Of a stretch of 64,000 bases of DNA, positions 29,281 to 41,696 are shown piece by piece; positions within the stretch are counted from its first letter, which is position 1; each line of letters opens with the position of its first letter. The notes below the pieces were generated by a model. That model had not been told where the DNA came from. It saw only the letters and a program-made list of their open reading frames with translations, and did not search any database. Source of the stretch: Alphaproteobacteria bacterium (GTDB taxonomy: Bacteria; Pseudomonadota; Alphaproteobacteria; UBA828); contig CBDEFM010000002.1 in NCBI GenBank assembly GCA_965237415.1, positions 2,688,001-2,752,000 of the forward strand, written 5' to 3'. The position numbers were made by a program, and so were the translations under genes.

Positions 29281-31884
29281 CTACGCCGCGCTGGCGAGGG
29301 CGTCGGCGTCCTGCCCGTCGATGATGAGGCTGTCACCGCCCGCCGAGACATGCACTGTCTCGCCGTCGCCGAGCCGGCCGGCGATGATGAGCTGGGCGAG
29401 CGGGTTCTGCAGGCTGCGTTGGATCACCCGCTGCAGTGGCCGCGCGCCGTAAGTGGGGTCGTAGCCCGCGTCGCCGAGCCATGCGCGCGCGTCATCGTCG
29501 AGCTCGAGTGCGATCTTGCGATCGCTCAGCCGTTGGGCGAGGCGGGCGATCTGAATGTCCACGATGGCACCCATGTGCGTGCGATCCAGCCGGTGGAAGA
29601 GGATGACCTCATCAAGCCGGTTGAGGAACTCCGGTCTGAAGCTCGCCCGCACGAGCTCCATAACAGGCTCGCGCACCGCGCTCGACGGCTCGCCCTCGGG
29701 CTGCGCCGCCATGATCTCGCCGCCGAGATTCGAGGTCATGATGATCACGGTGTTGCGGAAATAGACCGTGCGCCCGTGTCCGTCGGTGAGGCGCCCGTCG
29801 TCGAGCACCTGCAGCAGCAGGTTGAAGACGTCGCCATGCGCCTTTTCGATCTCGTCGAACAGGATCACCTGGTAAGGACGGCGGCGCACCGCCTCGGTGA
29901 GCGTGCCGCCCTCGTCGTAGCCGACATAGCCGGGCGGAGCGCCGATCAGCCGGGCGACGGCGTGCTTTTCCATGAACTCAGACATGTCGATGCGGATCAT
30001 CGCCGCCTCGTCGTCGAACAGGAACGCGGCGAGCGTCTTGGCGAGCTCGGTCTTGCCCACCCCGGTCGGGCCCAGGAAGAGGAATGAGCCGGTCGGGCGG
30101 TCGGCGTCCTGAAGGCCGGCGCGGGCGCGGCGCACGGCGTTGCTCACCGCCACCACGGCTTCCTCCTGCCCCACCACACGCTCGCGAAGCGAGCGCTCCA
30201 TGTGCAAGAGCTTCTCGCGCTCGCCCTCCAGCATCTTGTCCACCGGGATGCCGGTCCAGCGCGAGACGATGGCGGCGATGTGGGAGGATCTCACTGCTTC
30301 GTCGAGAAGCGGTTCGTGGGTCGCGGTTTCGAGCGCACCCAGCTCCCGCTCGAGGTCGGGAATAACCCCGTAGGCGAGCTCGCCCGCGCGCGCCAGGTCG
30401 CCGTTCCGCTGTGCGATCTCGAGCGCGCTGCGAGCGGAGTCGAGCTGCTCCTTGATCCGCTGCCCGCCTGCGAGGCGCTCCTTCTCGGCGCGCCAGACAG
30501 CCGTCTGATCGGCCGAGCGCTTCTCCAACGCGTCGAGTTCCTCGCCCAGCCCCTGGAGCCGATCGCGCGAGCGCTCGTCGGTCTCCTTCTTGAGCGCCTC
30601 CCGCTCGATCTTGAGCTGGATAATGCGCCGATCGAGCTCGTCGAGCTCCTCTGGCTTGGAATCGATCTCCATCCTGAGCCTGCTCGCCGCCTCGTCGACG
30701 AGGTCGATCGCCTTGTCAGGCAGGAAGCGATCGGTGATGTAGCGATTGGAGAGCGCCGCGGCCGAGACGATCGCGTTGTCCGTGATGGCGACGCCGTGAT
30801 GCACCTCGTACTTCTCCTTGAGGCCGCGCAGGATCGATACCGTGTCCTCGACGGTGGGCTCCGACACGTAGACGGGCTGGAAGCGCCGTGCCAGCGCCGC
30901 GTCCTTTTCCACATGCTTGCGGTACTCGTCGAGGGTCGTGGCGCCGACGCAGCGCAGCTCACCCCTGGCGAGGGCGGGCTTAAGCAGGTTGGAGGCGTCC
31001 ATTGCGCCCTCGGCCGCACCGGCGCCGACAAGCGTGTGCAGCTCGTCGATGAACATGACGACCTCGCCAGCCGCCGCGTTGACCTCGGTCAGCACGGCCT
31101 CCACGCGTTCCTCGAACTCGCCGCGAAACTTGGCGCCGGCCACCATGGCGCCGAGATCGAGGGCCAGAAGCCGCTTGTCCTGCAGCGATTCGGGGACGTC
31201 GCCATTGACGATGCGCTGGGCCAAGCCTTCGACGATCGCCGTTTTGCCGACTCCCGGCTCGCCTATGATGACCGGGTTGTTTTTCGTCCGCCGAGAGAGG
31301 ACCTGCATGATGCGGCGGATTTCCTCATCCCGGCCGATCACCGGATCGACCGTGCCGCCCCGCGCCGCCTCGGTCAGATCGCGCGCATACTTCTTGAGCG
31401 CGTCGTATCCGGACTCGGCGGAGGCGCTGTCCGCCGTTCTTCCCTTGCGCAGGTCGTTGATCGCGGCATTCAGTGTCTGGGGGCTTACGCCGGCGTCTGC
31501 CAGGATGCGAGCGGCGTGGGTTCCCTTGGCGAGCGCGAGCGCCAGCAGCAGGCGCTCGGCGGTGACATAGCTATCGCCGGCCTTCTTCGCGATTTCCACG
31601 GCGGAATCGAAGAGGCGTGCTGTCTCCGGCGCGAGGTAGATTTGGCCTGCGCCGTCCCCCTCTACCCTCGGCAGCGCGTCGAGAGCTGCCTCGGTCTTCT
31701 CCAGCGCGTCTTCCGGCCTACCGCCGGCTGCTCGGATGAGATTGGCGGCGAGGCCCTCTCCGTCATCGAGAAGAACCTTGAGCAAGTGCTCCGGCGCGAA
31801 GCGCTGATGGCCGCGCGCGGCCGCGAGGCCCTGTGCCGCCTGCACGAAGCCGCGCGAGCGCTCGGTAAACTTGTCGAAATCCAT
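29281..31884 (-). CDS. clpB: ATP-dependent chaperone ClpB
   Basis: [21 protein letters not shown], coiled-coil middle domain, [13 protein letters not shown]. Confidence 0.98.
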   Translation of the reverse strand: MDFDKFTERSRGFVQAAQGLAAARGHQRFAPEHLLKVLLDDGEGLAANLIRAAGGRPEDALEKTEAALDALPRVEGDGAGQIYLAPETARLFDSAVEIAKKAGDSYVTAERLLLALALAKGTHAARILADAGVSPQTLNAAINDLRKGRTADSASAESGYDALKKYARDLTEAARGGTVDPVIGRDEEIRRIMQVLSRRTKNNPVIIGEPGVGKTAIVEGLAQRIVNGDVPESLQDKRLLALDLGAMVAGAKFRGEFEERVEAVLTEVNAAAGEVVMFIDELHTLVGAGAAEGAMDASNLLKPALARGELRCVGATTLDEYRKHVEKDAALARRFQPVYVSEPTVEDTVSILRGLKEKYEVHHGVAITDNAIVSAAALSNRYITDRFLPDKAIDLVDEAASRLRMEIDSKPEELDELDRRIIQLKIEREALKKETDERSRDRLQGLGEELDALEKRSADQTAVWRAEKERLAGGQRIKEQLDSARSALEIAQRNGDLARAGELAYGVIPDLERELGALETATHEPLLDEAVRSSHIAAIVSRWTGIPVDKMLEGEREKLLHMERSLRERVVGQEEAVVAVSNAVRRARAGLQDADRPTGSFLFLGPTGVGKTELAKTLAAFLFDDEAAMIRIDMSEFMEKHAVARLIGAPPGYVGYDEGGTLTEAVRRRPYQVILFDEIEKAHGDVFNLLLQVLDDGRLTDGHGRTVYFRNTVIIMTSNLGGEIMAAQPEGEPSSAVREPVMELVRASFRPEFLNRLDEVILFHRLDRTHMGAIVDIQIARLAQRLSDRKIALELDDDARAWLGDAGYDPTYGARPLQRVIQRSLQNPLAQLIIAGRLGDGETVHVSAGGDSLIIDGQDADALASAA

Positions 31885-31993
31885 GCGCCTTCCCTCGTTG
31901 GCCATCCGCTGCCGAGAGCCGAACGGGGTCGCACTCTCATGGCCTCATGCGAGGCCCGCAGGCGGATGCCGGGTATTCAAGCAACCGCTTCCT

Positions 31994-32021
31994 ATATGGG
32001 GTTCGGCCGCGGCGCGGCAAG
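31994..32021 (-). promoter_or_regulatory. RpoH (sigma32)-type promoter of clpB
   Basis: Minus strand reads CTTG-N17-CCCATAT, matching the alphaproteobacterial RpoH consensus, upstream of a heat-shock gene. Confidence 0.7.
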
Positions 32022-32205
32022 GGCGGGGACTACTCAGTTCCCTGACGCGCCGGGCGCTCGCATCACGCGGCCCGGCACATCTCAAATCGCACACCTTGTT
32101 GTTTGCCGGGCGCGCGCTGCCCCGGCAGCTTGGTCTCCCCTTCCGTCCTTTGGAACGGAAAGGGTCGAGATTGGCTGATCTGGAACGAGGTCGGGAAGGC
32201 CTCGA

Positions 32206-32652
32206 TCAGGAGGCCTGAGACGCGTGCTCCTCGGCCGCATCCTGCGCGTCGTCGCCCGCCGCTACAGCCTGAGGCTGGGGCTCGGCGACCGCTGCCGGAT
32301 CTTGCTCCCCGCCCGGTTGCTGCTCGGGCTCGATCCGCGGTTGCGACTGTTGCGGTTGCTGAGGATGGGGTTGTTGTCCCTGCGGGCGCTGCGCCCGCTG
32401 GTCCCAGCCGTTGGCGGCAACCACGCGGTAGTAATGTTCGGCGTGCTGGAAGAAATTTTCTGCGCCGATCCGGTCCCCCGCCGAGAGCGCGTCTTGCGCC
32501 AAGGCTTGGTATTTCTCGATGACCTGAAAGGCGGTTCCGCGGATCCTTCCTTCGGGGCCATTGCTCTCGAAGGTTGAGCCACGCCCTTGAAAACCGGGGC
32601 GCCGTCCGTTGCCTCTATACCCGCGCGGGCGTTTGTTGTTTGGACCCTTCAT
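32206..32652 (-). CDS. DUF4167 family protein
   Basis: FESNGPEGRIRGTA..EKYQALAQDA..ENFFQHAEHY; usual position between prmC and clpB. Confidence 0.9.
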   Translation of the reverse strand: MKGPNNKRPRGYRGNGRRPGFQGRGSTFESNGPEGRIRGTAFQVIEKYQALAQDALSAGDRIGAENFFQHAEHYYRVVAANGWDQRAQRPQGQQPHPQQPQQSQPRIEPEQQPGGEQDPAAVAEPQPQAVAAGDDAQDAAEEHASQAS

Positions 32653-32869
32653 ACTGCTCGCCTTCTGCCCTAACCTGCGTCCGCACGCCGCGCTCCGACT
32701 GCGCAGTTTCCGGAAACGCTTGCCAGCTTCTTATCGCTGAGGAACTCTGCGAGACCGTTCAACCGGTCGAGTATCGCGAGTCCTGCAGACCCTAACCATC
32801 ATCGCGCAGTTTGCAACCTCTTTTTTGCCATCGGGGATGTTCCGGCGTCAAGAAATTGTCTTTTACGAA

Positions 32870-33738
32870 TCAGAATCCAGCGCCCGCTCCATGGACGAAC
32901 AACGCACAACGGTCGATGCCCGCTAGATCGCGGCGACGGTCGATCTCTGCGAGTCCCATCGCTGCAAACAATGATGCGATTTCATCCGCCATCTCGGCGC
33001 CGAGTTCGATTGCGGCCAGACCCGCCGGCGCCAAGAGGCGCGCAATCTGCGGCGCGAGCTGCCGGTAACACGTGTATCCGTCAGCCCCGCCGGCAAGCGC
33101 CGCCTGCGGCTCGTGGCAGACGATCTCCGGCGCAAGCGATGTCAGTGCCGCCGCTGCCACATAGGGCGGATTGCTCACCACGATGTCGAACCGTGCGGCG
33201 AGCGGTGCGCCCCAGTCGGCAACGACGAAAGACGCCCGGCCGTCGAGACTGTGGCGCCGCGCGTTGGCCCGCGCCAGCGAAACGGCGGCGGCGCTGCTAT
33301 CGACACCCAACCCAACCGCGCCTGGAAGTTCGCTGAGGAGGGCGACCAGCAAGCAGCCCGAGCCCGTGCCCAGATCCAGCAGGCGCGGACAGGGCGGGAG
33401 CTGCGCGGTGCGCGCCAGCACCGCCTCGACAACGGTCTCGGTCTCGGGCCTCGGCACCAGCGCAGATCGGTCAACGGCGAATTCGAGGCTCCAGAACTCG
33501 CGGCAGCCGGTGAGGTAGGCGATCGGCTCGCGCGCGGCCCGGCGGCGGACGAGCTCAGCGAGCCGCTCGGCCTCGGCTTCGCCGAGCGGCAGATCGTCTT
33601 CGGCGAGCAGGGTCTCGGGCGTGAGTCCCAGCGCATGTTGCATCAGCAGGCGAGCGTCGCGCCTCGGCCCGTCTATGCCTGCCGAGCGCAACGCTGCAAT
33701 CGCAGCACCGAGTGCTGCCACCCTGGTCGCGGCGCCGC

Positions 33739-33742
<4 letters not shown>
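32870..33742 (-). CDS. prmC: Release factor glutamine methyltransferase
   Basis: [24 protein letters not shown]; follows prfA. Confidence 0.95.
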
Positions 33743-34823
<1,081 letters not shown>

Positions 34824-34827
<4 letters not shown>

Positions 34828-36086
34828 CGGCCGGGCGCGTAGCGGGCGAGATGCGCGCTGAGCTCGGCCTCCGGCGCTTCAACCTGTGCGCCGCTGTCGA
34901 GGTCGCGGACCGTCGCTATGCCGCGATCCATTTCGTTATCGCCCAGGATAATCGCGGCTGCAGCGTGTGCCTGATTGGCCCGCTTCATGCGCTTCGAAAG
35001 CGTGCCGCGATAGGTCAACTCCACCGAAAAGCCCTCGTGCCGAAGACGCTGGGCAAGCCCAAGCGCGGCGGCCTCGGCCCGCGCGCCGAGCGGCACGATG
35101 GCGATGGGGCGGGGCGGAGCCTCCACGTCGCCCGCCTCGGCCACCAGGGCGGCGAGGCGCTCGATACCGCCGGCCCAACCGACGCCGGGCGTGGGCGGCC
35201 CGCCCATGGTTTCCACCAAGCCGTCATAGCGACCGCCGGCCAGCACGGCTCCCTGGGCGCCAAGCGCCTCGGTCGTGAACTCGAAGGCCGTGTGGCAGTA
35301 GTAATCCAGGCCGCGCACGAGCCGCGCGTTGCGGCTGAAGGCAACGCCGATCCTGCTGAGCCCGTCGCACACGGTACCGAAGAACGCCGCTGCTTCCGGG
35401 CTCAGATGGGCGTCGATCGCCGGTGCGTCGGCCAGCACCGCCCGGTCGCCCGCGTCCTTGGAATCGAGGACACGCAGCGGATTGCGCCGGAGCCGCTGCT
35501 TGCTCTCCTCGGACAAGGCATCCTCGTTGGCCTCAAGATGGGCGACGAGTGCCGACCGGTAAGCACGGCGGCTTGTCTCGTCGGCAAGCGTGTTGATCTC
35601 CAGCGTGACCCGGTCGAGCACGCCCAGCGCCTCCAGCAGGTGCGCGCCGAGTGCGATCACTTCGATGTCGGCGAGCGGCTCGGCCGCACCGATCAGCTCG
35701 ACGCCGATCTGATGGAATTGGCGGAGCCTGCCCTTCTGCGGCCGCTCGTAGCGAAACATCGGCCCGGCGTAGAAGCACTTGAAGGGACGGCGATCGCCGA
35801 AGGTGCCGCCGATCACCGCGCGTGCGACACCCGCCGTGTTCTCGGGCCTGAGCGTGAGCTCCGAGCCGCCGCGGTCCGTAAAGGTGTACATCTCCTTGGT
35901 CACGATATCCGAGGTGTCGCCGAGAGTGCGGCGGAACACGTCGCTGAACTCGAAGATCGGTGTTGCGACCTCGGCAAATCCGTAACGGGCGGCGAGGGTG
36001 CGCGCGTGCTCGATAACGTGACGGTGCCGGCGCATCTCGTCTGCCGCGAGGTCGTGCGTTCCACGAACCGGCTGAATTTTGCGCAC
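34824..36086 (-). CDS. hisS: Histidine--tRNA ligase
   Basis: [41 protein letters not shown]. Confidence 0.97.
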
Positions 36087-36191
36087 TGTTTGGGTTCCTG
36101 AACGATGCCGGTGCTGCTGCCGGCGTGACGGCGGCGGATTTAGTGACTCGATTCGACAGTCCCGGCAAGCGGCGACGGACGCCGCGCGCGC

Positions 36192-37595
36192 CTACCCGCC
36201 GGTGGCGGTGCCGGACAAGAGGCGATCGGGATCGAGCGCGATATTCCGCATGACCACGCCGAGCGGACCGAGGGCGGGTGCGACGGCGTCATCGACCTTG
36301 ACCTCAAGACCGCCGGCATTGCCGGTCACCATGACGAGGCCGGGCCGGTCGGGCACCCGATAAGAATCGCCTGCGTGCAGAATGCGCGTCAGCAGCAGCT
36401 CGTTGTCGGGGCCCTGAATCTGAACCCAGCTGTCGTCGACCGCAGTGATGACCACGCGGGCGTCGAGATTGGTACGCCCATAAACCTTTGGGACATAGCC
36501 GGTATCCGCCGACGGCAAGGACGGCTCTTCTGTCGTGGTCGATGGCGGGGCGGTCTCCTCCGGCGGCACGTCGGCCATCGGCTCCGTCGCAGCAGGCGCG
36601 GACGCGGTGTCGTCCACGGTGCCCGCGGCATCGGCCCGGGCGACATCGACACTGTCCGTGGTCCCGCTGGACTGGGTAGCGTCGCCCGTGACGGCTTCGT
36701 CAGCGCTGCTAATGGTGCTGTCCGTCCCGCCGACCTCCGCCACTACAAAGTCGAGCGGCACCGCGATCGCCGGGCTCGGATCGGAAATCTCCGCGCTTGC
36801 GACGGACGGTTCGTTCTGCGCGGACGGTGCGGCCACATCGGCTGCCCGTGCGGGCTCTTCCTGCCGCGGCGCTGCCGGGGCCGGCTCCGCCTGTCCCGAT
36901 GCTGCGGACTCAGGCTCCGACGGCGCAGCGGTTGTTACCTCCGCGACGACAGGCGCGGTGGCTGTCTCCGCGGGGGGTTCAGGCGTGGCCTCTGCGGCGG
37001 GCTGGGCGGCCGCCGTCTCAGGCGCGGCGTCTCCCCCCGTGGCCCCTCCGCCTGTGGCGTCGGTTTCGCTCAGGCCGACCGCCTCGGTGAGCTTGGTCGA
37101 TACGTCGTCGACGAGGTCCGTCGCGATCTGGCCGCCGGTCGATTGGTACTGCCAGCCGCCGTAGGCGAGGCCCGCCAGCACCAAGACGAGGAGAATGAGC
37201 CAGAACTTCGGTTTGGGGCTGGAATCGCTGGGCGAGGGGAAGGCGAGCCGCGGCTCCCTCGTATCGAGACGCTGCTCGCGCTTGAACGCGTCAATGATTT
37301 CGTCGGGGTCGAGGCCGAGAAAGCCCGAATAGCTGCGCAGAAACCCGATGATGTAGGTGGTGCCCGGAATCTGGTCGAAGCGCCCTTCTTCCAGCGCCTC
37401 GAGGTAGTGCTCCTGAATGCGCAGCACATGGGCGGCATCGGACAAGCTGTAGCCGCCCCTGAGCCTCGCTTCACGCAGCTCGGCGCAGAAGCCCGGGAGG
37501 ACTTGCCGGTCGTCGCCGCCCGTCTCGTGAACGAGCCGCGGCCCGACCAGATCAGGCCCGGTTGCCTCTAACGGCATCCGTAGAGGTTCCTTCAT
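36192..37595 (-). CDS. rodZ: RodZ-family protein (HTH, TM, long acidic linker, DUF4115-type domain)
   Basis: LRIQEHYLEALEEG..YIIGFLRSY; one TM; C-terminal DSWVQI..TGNAGGLEV. Confidence 0.88.
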   Translation of the reverse strand: MKEPLRMPLEATGPDLVGPRLVHETGGDDRQVLPGFCAELREARLRGGYSLSDAAHVLRIQEHYLEALEEGRFDQIPGTTYIIGFLRSYSGFLGLDPDEIIDAFKREQRLDTREPRLAFPSPSDSSPKPKFWLILLVLVLAGLAYGGWQYQSTGGQIATDLVDDVSTKLTEAVGLSETDATGGGATGGDAAPETAAAQPAAEATPEPPAETATAPVVAEVTTAAPSEPESAASGQAEPAPAAPRQEEPARAADVAAPSAQNEPSVASAEISDPSPAIAVPLDFVVAEVGGTDSTISSADEAVTGDATQSSGTTDSVDVARADAAGTVDDTASAPAATEPMADVPPEETAPPSTTTEEPSLPSADTGYVPKVYGRTNLDARVVITAVDDSWVQIQGPDNELLLTRILHAGDSYRVPDRPGLVMVTGNAGGLEVKVDDAVAPALGPLGVVMRNIALDPDRLLSGTATGG

Positions 37596-37847
37596 GACTC
37601 GCGTCCTGCAACCGCGAGCGCACGCGCGGCCCTCCCTGCCGGCGTTACGCGCTCAGGCACCCACTTGCGATCCTCAGACTCGCTCCACTTTGTGTTCGTG
37701 TCACCGCCTCGTTTTGCCAGTTATGTTCCCGGCATTCCAAAGACCGCGACTCGATCTGTCGTCCCCCGATACTACTAACACGTCGTGTTACTTTATCATC
37801 CGCTGCCAACCCGCGCAAACGTCAACTCACGTAGACTGTGGCTGACG

Positions 37848-38942
37848 TCAAGCGCTTGCAGGCAGGGGGCGATTCGTCGACGGATCGCCACCGTCAATGC
37901 TTGCGGCACCGCGTTCGGCACTCGCCGCGAGCGCGCTTACGGCCTGATCGATTAGTTCGGCAATAATATCGCTCGTCGACTGCTCTGCGGTCACCATGCC
38001 GACACTCTGGCCAGCCATGAGAGAGCCGTTCTCAACATCGCCCTCGATCGCAGCCCGTCTGAGCGCGCCGGCCCAGAAATGCTCGATGGCAAGCTTGGCA
38101 CCGGCGAGTTCGACTTCGCCCTGACGATAGCGCGCGATGGTCTGCCGCTGAAACGCCTCGAAGCGTGCGGTCGCCTTGTTGGCGACGGCGCGCACCGGAA
38201 TGACGGGAAAATCGGGGTCGATCTGCACCGAGAGCCGCGCGTCGCGCGCATTCGCCCGGATCATCGCCTGCTTGAAGCGTGGATGGGCGATCGATTCCGT
38301 CGCGCACACGAAGCGCGTCCCCAGCTGGCAGCCGGCGGCGCCCATCGCCAGAAAGAGCGCGACCGCATCGCCGCGCCCGATCCCGCCGCCGACGAAGACC
38401 GGCACCTCGTCGAACTGGGGCAGCACCTCCTGGGCGAGGACGTTGGTCGACACCGGGCCGATGTGACCGCCCGCCTCCATGCCCTCGATGATGAGCGCGT
38501 CGATGCCCTGCCTGGCGAGCCTGCGTGCGAGCGGCAGCGTGGGCGCGAAGGCGACGACGCGGGTGCCCGCCTTCTTCAGGGTCTCGATCGTCCGTTTGGG
38601 CGGCATCCCGCCGGCCAACACCACATGGCCGACTTGCCGATCGATGCAGGTCCCGACGAGCGCATCCAGCTCTGGGTGCATGACGATGATGTTGACCCCG
38701 AAGGGCTTATCGCAGCGCTCATAGACGCCGTCGATCTCCGCCGCAAGCTGGTCCGGAGCGAGCGAGCCGCAGGCCACCACGCCGAAGCCGCCGGCGTTGG
38801 AGATGGCGGCGACCAGGTTCCGCTCGGAGACCCACGACATCGCGCCGCCCAGGATCGCGTAGCGGGTGCCGAGGAACGCCCGCCCCCGCGCCCAGTAGGC
38901 ATTGAGCCGGCGGCGCGCGCTCTCGCGCGCTTCAGGACTCAC
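37848..38942 (-). CDS. Nitronate monooxygenase/FabK-like flavin oxidoreductase
   Basis: GGAMSWVSE, EGMEAGGHIG, QLGTRF, GSLMAGQSVG. Confidence 0.88.
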   Translation of the reverse strand: MSPEARESARRRLNAYWARGRAFLGTRYAILGGAMSWVSERNLVAAISNAGGFGVVACGSLAPDQLAAEIDGVYERCDKPFGVNIIVMHPELDALVGTCIDRQVGHVVLAGGMPPKRTIETLKKAGTRVVAFAPTLPLARRLARQGIDALIIEGMEAGGHIGPVSTNVLAQEVLPQFDEVPVFVGGGIGRGDAVALFLAMGAAGCQLGTRFVCATESIAHPRFKQAMIRANARDARLSVQIDPDFPVIPVRAVANKATARFEAFQRQTIARYRQGEVELAGAKLAIEHFWAGALRRAAIEGDVENGSLMAGQSVGMVTAEQSTSDIIAELIDQAVSALAASAERGAASIDGGDPSTNRPLPASA

Positions 38943-40156
38943 GGGTCGTCGAGCCCGTAGGCCGCATGAAGGGCGCGCACGGCGAGCTCGGTATAGTCTT
39001 CCGAGACCAGCACGCTGATCTTGATCTCCGAGGTCGAAATCACCTGGATGTTAATCCCCTTCTCGGCGAGTGCCGCGAACATCGTCTGCGCCACCCCGGC
39101 GTGGCTGCGCATGCCGACGCCGATCACCGACACTTTGACCACGCCCTGGTCAGCCACCAGCCGCTCGAAGGCGACAGCGCTCCGCAACTCTTCGAGGATC
39201 GCGATGGAGCGGCCCAGATCGGCCTCCGTCACCGTGAAGGTGAGATCCGTGGTGCCGTCGGCGGAGATATTCTGCACGATCATGTCGACATTGACGTTGC
39301 CGTCCGCCAACGGCCCGAAGATGCTCGCCGCGACGCCAGGGCGGTCGGCGACGCCCATCACCGTGATCTTCGCTTCGTCGCGGCTGTAGGCGATCCCGCT
39401 GACCCGCTCTTGTTCCACGATGTCGTCCTCATCGACCACGAATGTTCCGGGGGTATCGGAAAAGCTGGAAGCGACCTGAAGCGGCACCTGGTGCTTCATC
39501 GCCATCTCTACGGCGCGGATCTGCAAGACCTTGGCGCCGAGGGAGGCGAGTTCCAGCATCTCCTCGTAAGTGATTTTATTCAGCTTGCGCGCCGTCGCAA
39601 CGATGCGTGGGTCGGCGGTGAAGACACCCTCCACGTCGGTGAAGATGTCGCACCGGTCGGCGCCGAGCGCTGCGGCAAGCGCCACCGCCGAGGTGTCGGT
39701 GCCGCCCCGGCCCAGCGTCGTGATCCGCCCGAGCGGCCCCAAACCCTGAAAGCCCGCGACCACCGGCACTTCATGCCGGGCCAGGCGCCGATGCAGCTCG
39801 TCGGTCTCGATCCCCTCGATCCTGGCGCGGCCGTGACCGCCGTCCGTGCGGATCGGGATCTGCCAGCCGAGCCATGAGCGTGCCGTGACGCCCCGGCTTT
39901 GCAGTGCCAGCGCGAGTAGCCCGGCGGTGATCTGCTCGCCTGCCGCGGCCACGGTGTCGTATTCCCGCGCATCGTGGAGCGCGGCCGCCGCCCGCACCCA
40001 GGAGACCAGCTGATCGGTCGTGCCGGCCATGGCGGAAACCACGACTGCGACCCGGTCGCCGCCGTCGGCCGCCGCCTTCACACGGTCGGCGACCACGTTG
40101 ATGCGGTCGAGGTCGGCCAGCGACGTGCCGCCGTATTTGTGAACGATTAGAGCCAT
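38939..40156 (-). CDS. lysC: Aspartate kinase
   Basis: MALIVHKYGGTS (start 40156), VVVSAM, TTLGRGGTDTSA, two ACT domains, STSEIKIS. Confidence 0.96.
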   Translation of the reverse strand: MALIVHKYGGTSLADLDRINVVADRVKAAADGGDRVAVVVSAMAGTTDQLVSWVRAAAALHDAREYDTVAAAGEQITAGLLALALQSRGVTARSWLGWQIPIRTDGGHGRARIEGIETDELHRRLARHEVPVVAGFQGLGPLGRITTLGRGGTDTSAVALAAALGADRCDIFTDVEGVFTADPRIVATARKLNKITYEEMLELASLGAKVLQIRAVEMAMKHQVPLQVASSFSDTPGTFVVDEDDIVEQERVSGIAYSRDEAKITVMGVADRPGVAASIFGPLADGNVNVDMIVQNISADGTTDLTFTVTEADLGRSIAILEELRSAVAFERLVADQGVVKVSVIGVGMRSHAGVAQTMFAALAEKGINIQVISTSEIKISVLVSEDYTELAVRALHAAYGLDDP

Positions 40157-40272
40157 CGGGTGGGGCGCGCCTGCGTCGGGGAGGCGACGCTTGCCGGTCG
40201 TGGAGACGCCCCTACATACTGGCTGCGCCCCCGCCACGCAAGCAGGCAGCCGGGCCAAAGGAGAGCGGGCCA

Positions 40273-41106
40273 ATGGCCGCAGACGAGCACGAGCAGCAAT
40301 CGCCGAAGGCCGCGGAGGCGGGAGAAGCGCCTCGCGCTGCCGGCGACCCCGGCGCCGATCCCAGCGTCGATCCGGCGGAGGTCGAGCGCTTTGCCGCACT
40401 CGCCGAGCGCTGGTGGGACCGCCATGGCGCCTTCCGTGCCCTGCACGCGCTGAACCCCGTCCGCATCGCCTATGTGCGGGATGCGCTTGTCGCCGATGCC
40501 CGGCCCGACGCGCGCGCCGACGGCGCGGCGGCGCTCAAGCCGCTGGCCGGCCTCCGGCTCCTCGATGTCGGCTGCGGCGGCGGGCTGATGGCCGAGCCCA
40601 TGTGTCGGTTGGGCGCCGAGGTGGTCGCCGTCGACGCGGCGAAGGCCAACGTCCGCGCGGCCCGTCACCATGCCGAGGAGCAAGGGCTCGCCATCGACTA
40701 CCGCCACGCCACGGCGGAGGCGCTGGCCGCCGCCGGCGAGCGCTTCGACGCCGTGCTGGCGCTCGAAATCGTCGAGCATGTGGCCGATCTAGACGCCTTC
40801 GCCGCTGCCTGCACGGACCTCGTCAAACCCGGCGGATCGTTTATCGTAGCCACGCTCAACCGCACGCTTGCGGCCTACGCGCTCGCCATCGTCGCGGCCG
40901 AGCGGATCCTCGGCTGGCTGCCGGCCGGCAGCCACGACTGGTCGCGCTTCGTCCGCCCGGCCGAGATGGTGCGCCTGCTGCGCCGCCACGGGCTCGCCGT
41001 CGCCGACATGCAGGGCATGGTCTACAACCCGCTCGCTGGCGGCTGGACCACGAGCCCCAACCTCGCAGTGAACTACATCGTGCACGCCAGGAAGCCCGAC
41101 GCCTGA
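40273..41106 (+). CDS. ubiG: Ubiquinone biosynthesis O-methyltransferase
   Basis: EVERF..WWD..LHALNPVR, LDVGCGGG, LEIVEHV; divergent from lysC as usual. Confidence 0.95.
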   Translation: MAADEHEQQSPKAAEAGEAPRAAGDPGADPSVDPAEVERFAALAERWWDRHGAFRALHALNPVRIAYVRDALVADARPDARADGAAALKPLAGLRLLDVGCGGGLMAEPMCRLGAEVVAVDAAKANVRAARHHAEEQGLAIDYRHATAEALAAAGERFDAVLALEIVEHVADLDAFAAACTDLVKPGGSFIVATLNRTLAAYALAIVAAERILGWLPAGSHDWSRFVRPAEMVRLLRRHGLAVADMQGMVYNPLAGGWTTSPNLAVNYIVHARKPDA

Positions 41107-41139
41107 GGGCGCGGCGGCTACGACCCGGCGTCGCCGGTT

Positions 41140-41601
41140 CTAAGCGTCGTGGCGGGGGACCCAGGGGATCTCGCCGATCTCGATCCCCTCGTCGGCGAGT
41201 TCGCCGACCTCTTCCTTGGTCGCGTCGCCGTAGATGCTGCGGCGCTCGACCTCGCCATGGTGGATCTTGCGCGCTTCCTCTGGGAAGCGCTCGCCCACAT
41301 GGTCGAAGTTCTGCTCGATATAGCTGCGCATCCGCCGCAACGTCCCGATGGCGCGGGCCATCTCCGGTGGCGTCGGCTTGCGCGCGGGCGCTGGCGTGGG
41401 TGCAGGTGCAGGCTCAGGCTCGCCCCGCGCCTTGTTGTTGACCGCGATATTGGGCGCCATCGGGGCCTTGGCGATCTTCACGTCGCCGCAGAGGGGGCAA
41501 GCGATCTCACGCGCCTTCGCCTGCCGCTCGTAGGTCGCGGAGTCGGCGAAGTAGGCCTCGAACACGTGGTCCTTGCCGCATTTGAGGTCGAACACGATCA
41601 T
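41140..41601 (-). CDS. DUF1178 family protein
   Basis: MIVFDLKC..HVFEAYF..CPLCG..KAPMAP..VGERFPEEARKIH. Confidence 0.9.
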   Translation of the reverse strand: MIVFDLKCGKDHVFEAYFADSATYERQAKAREIACPLCGDVKIAKAPMAPNIAVNNKARGEPEPAPAPTPAPARKPTPPEMARAIGTLRRMRSYIEQNFDHVGERFPEEARKIHHGEVERRSIYGDATKEEVGELADEGIEIGEIPWVPRHDA

Positions 41602-41696
41602 GGGATTGCGCCCGGCTCGCTGCCACGGTCGCGGCAACGTACCATAAAACCCCGAATCCATACGAAAATTCATTTCGCCCCGCAGCCAACACCGCC

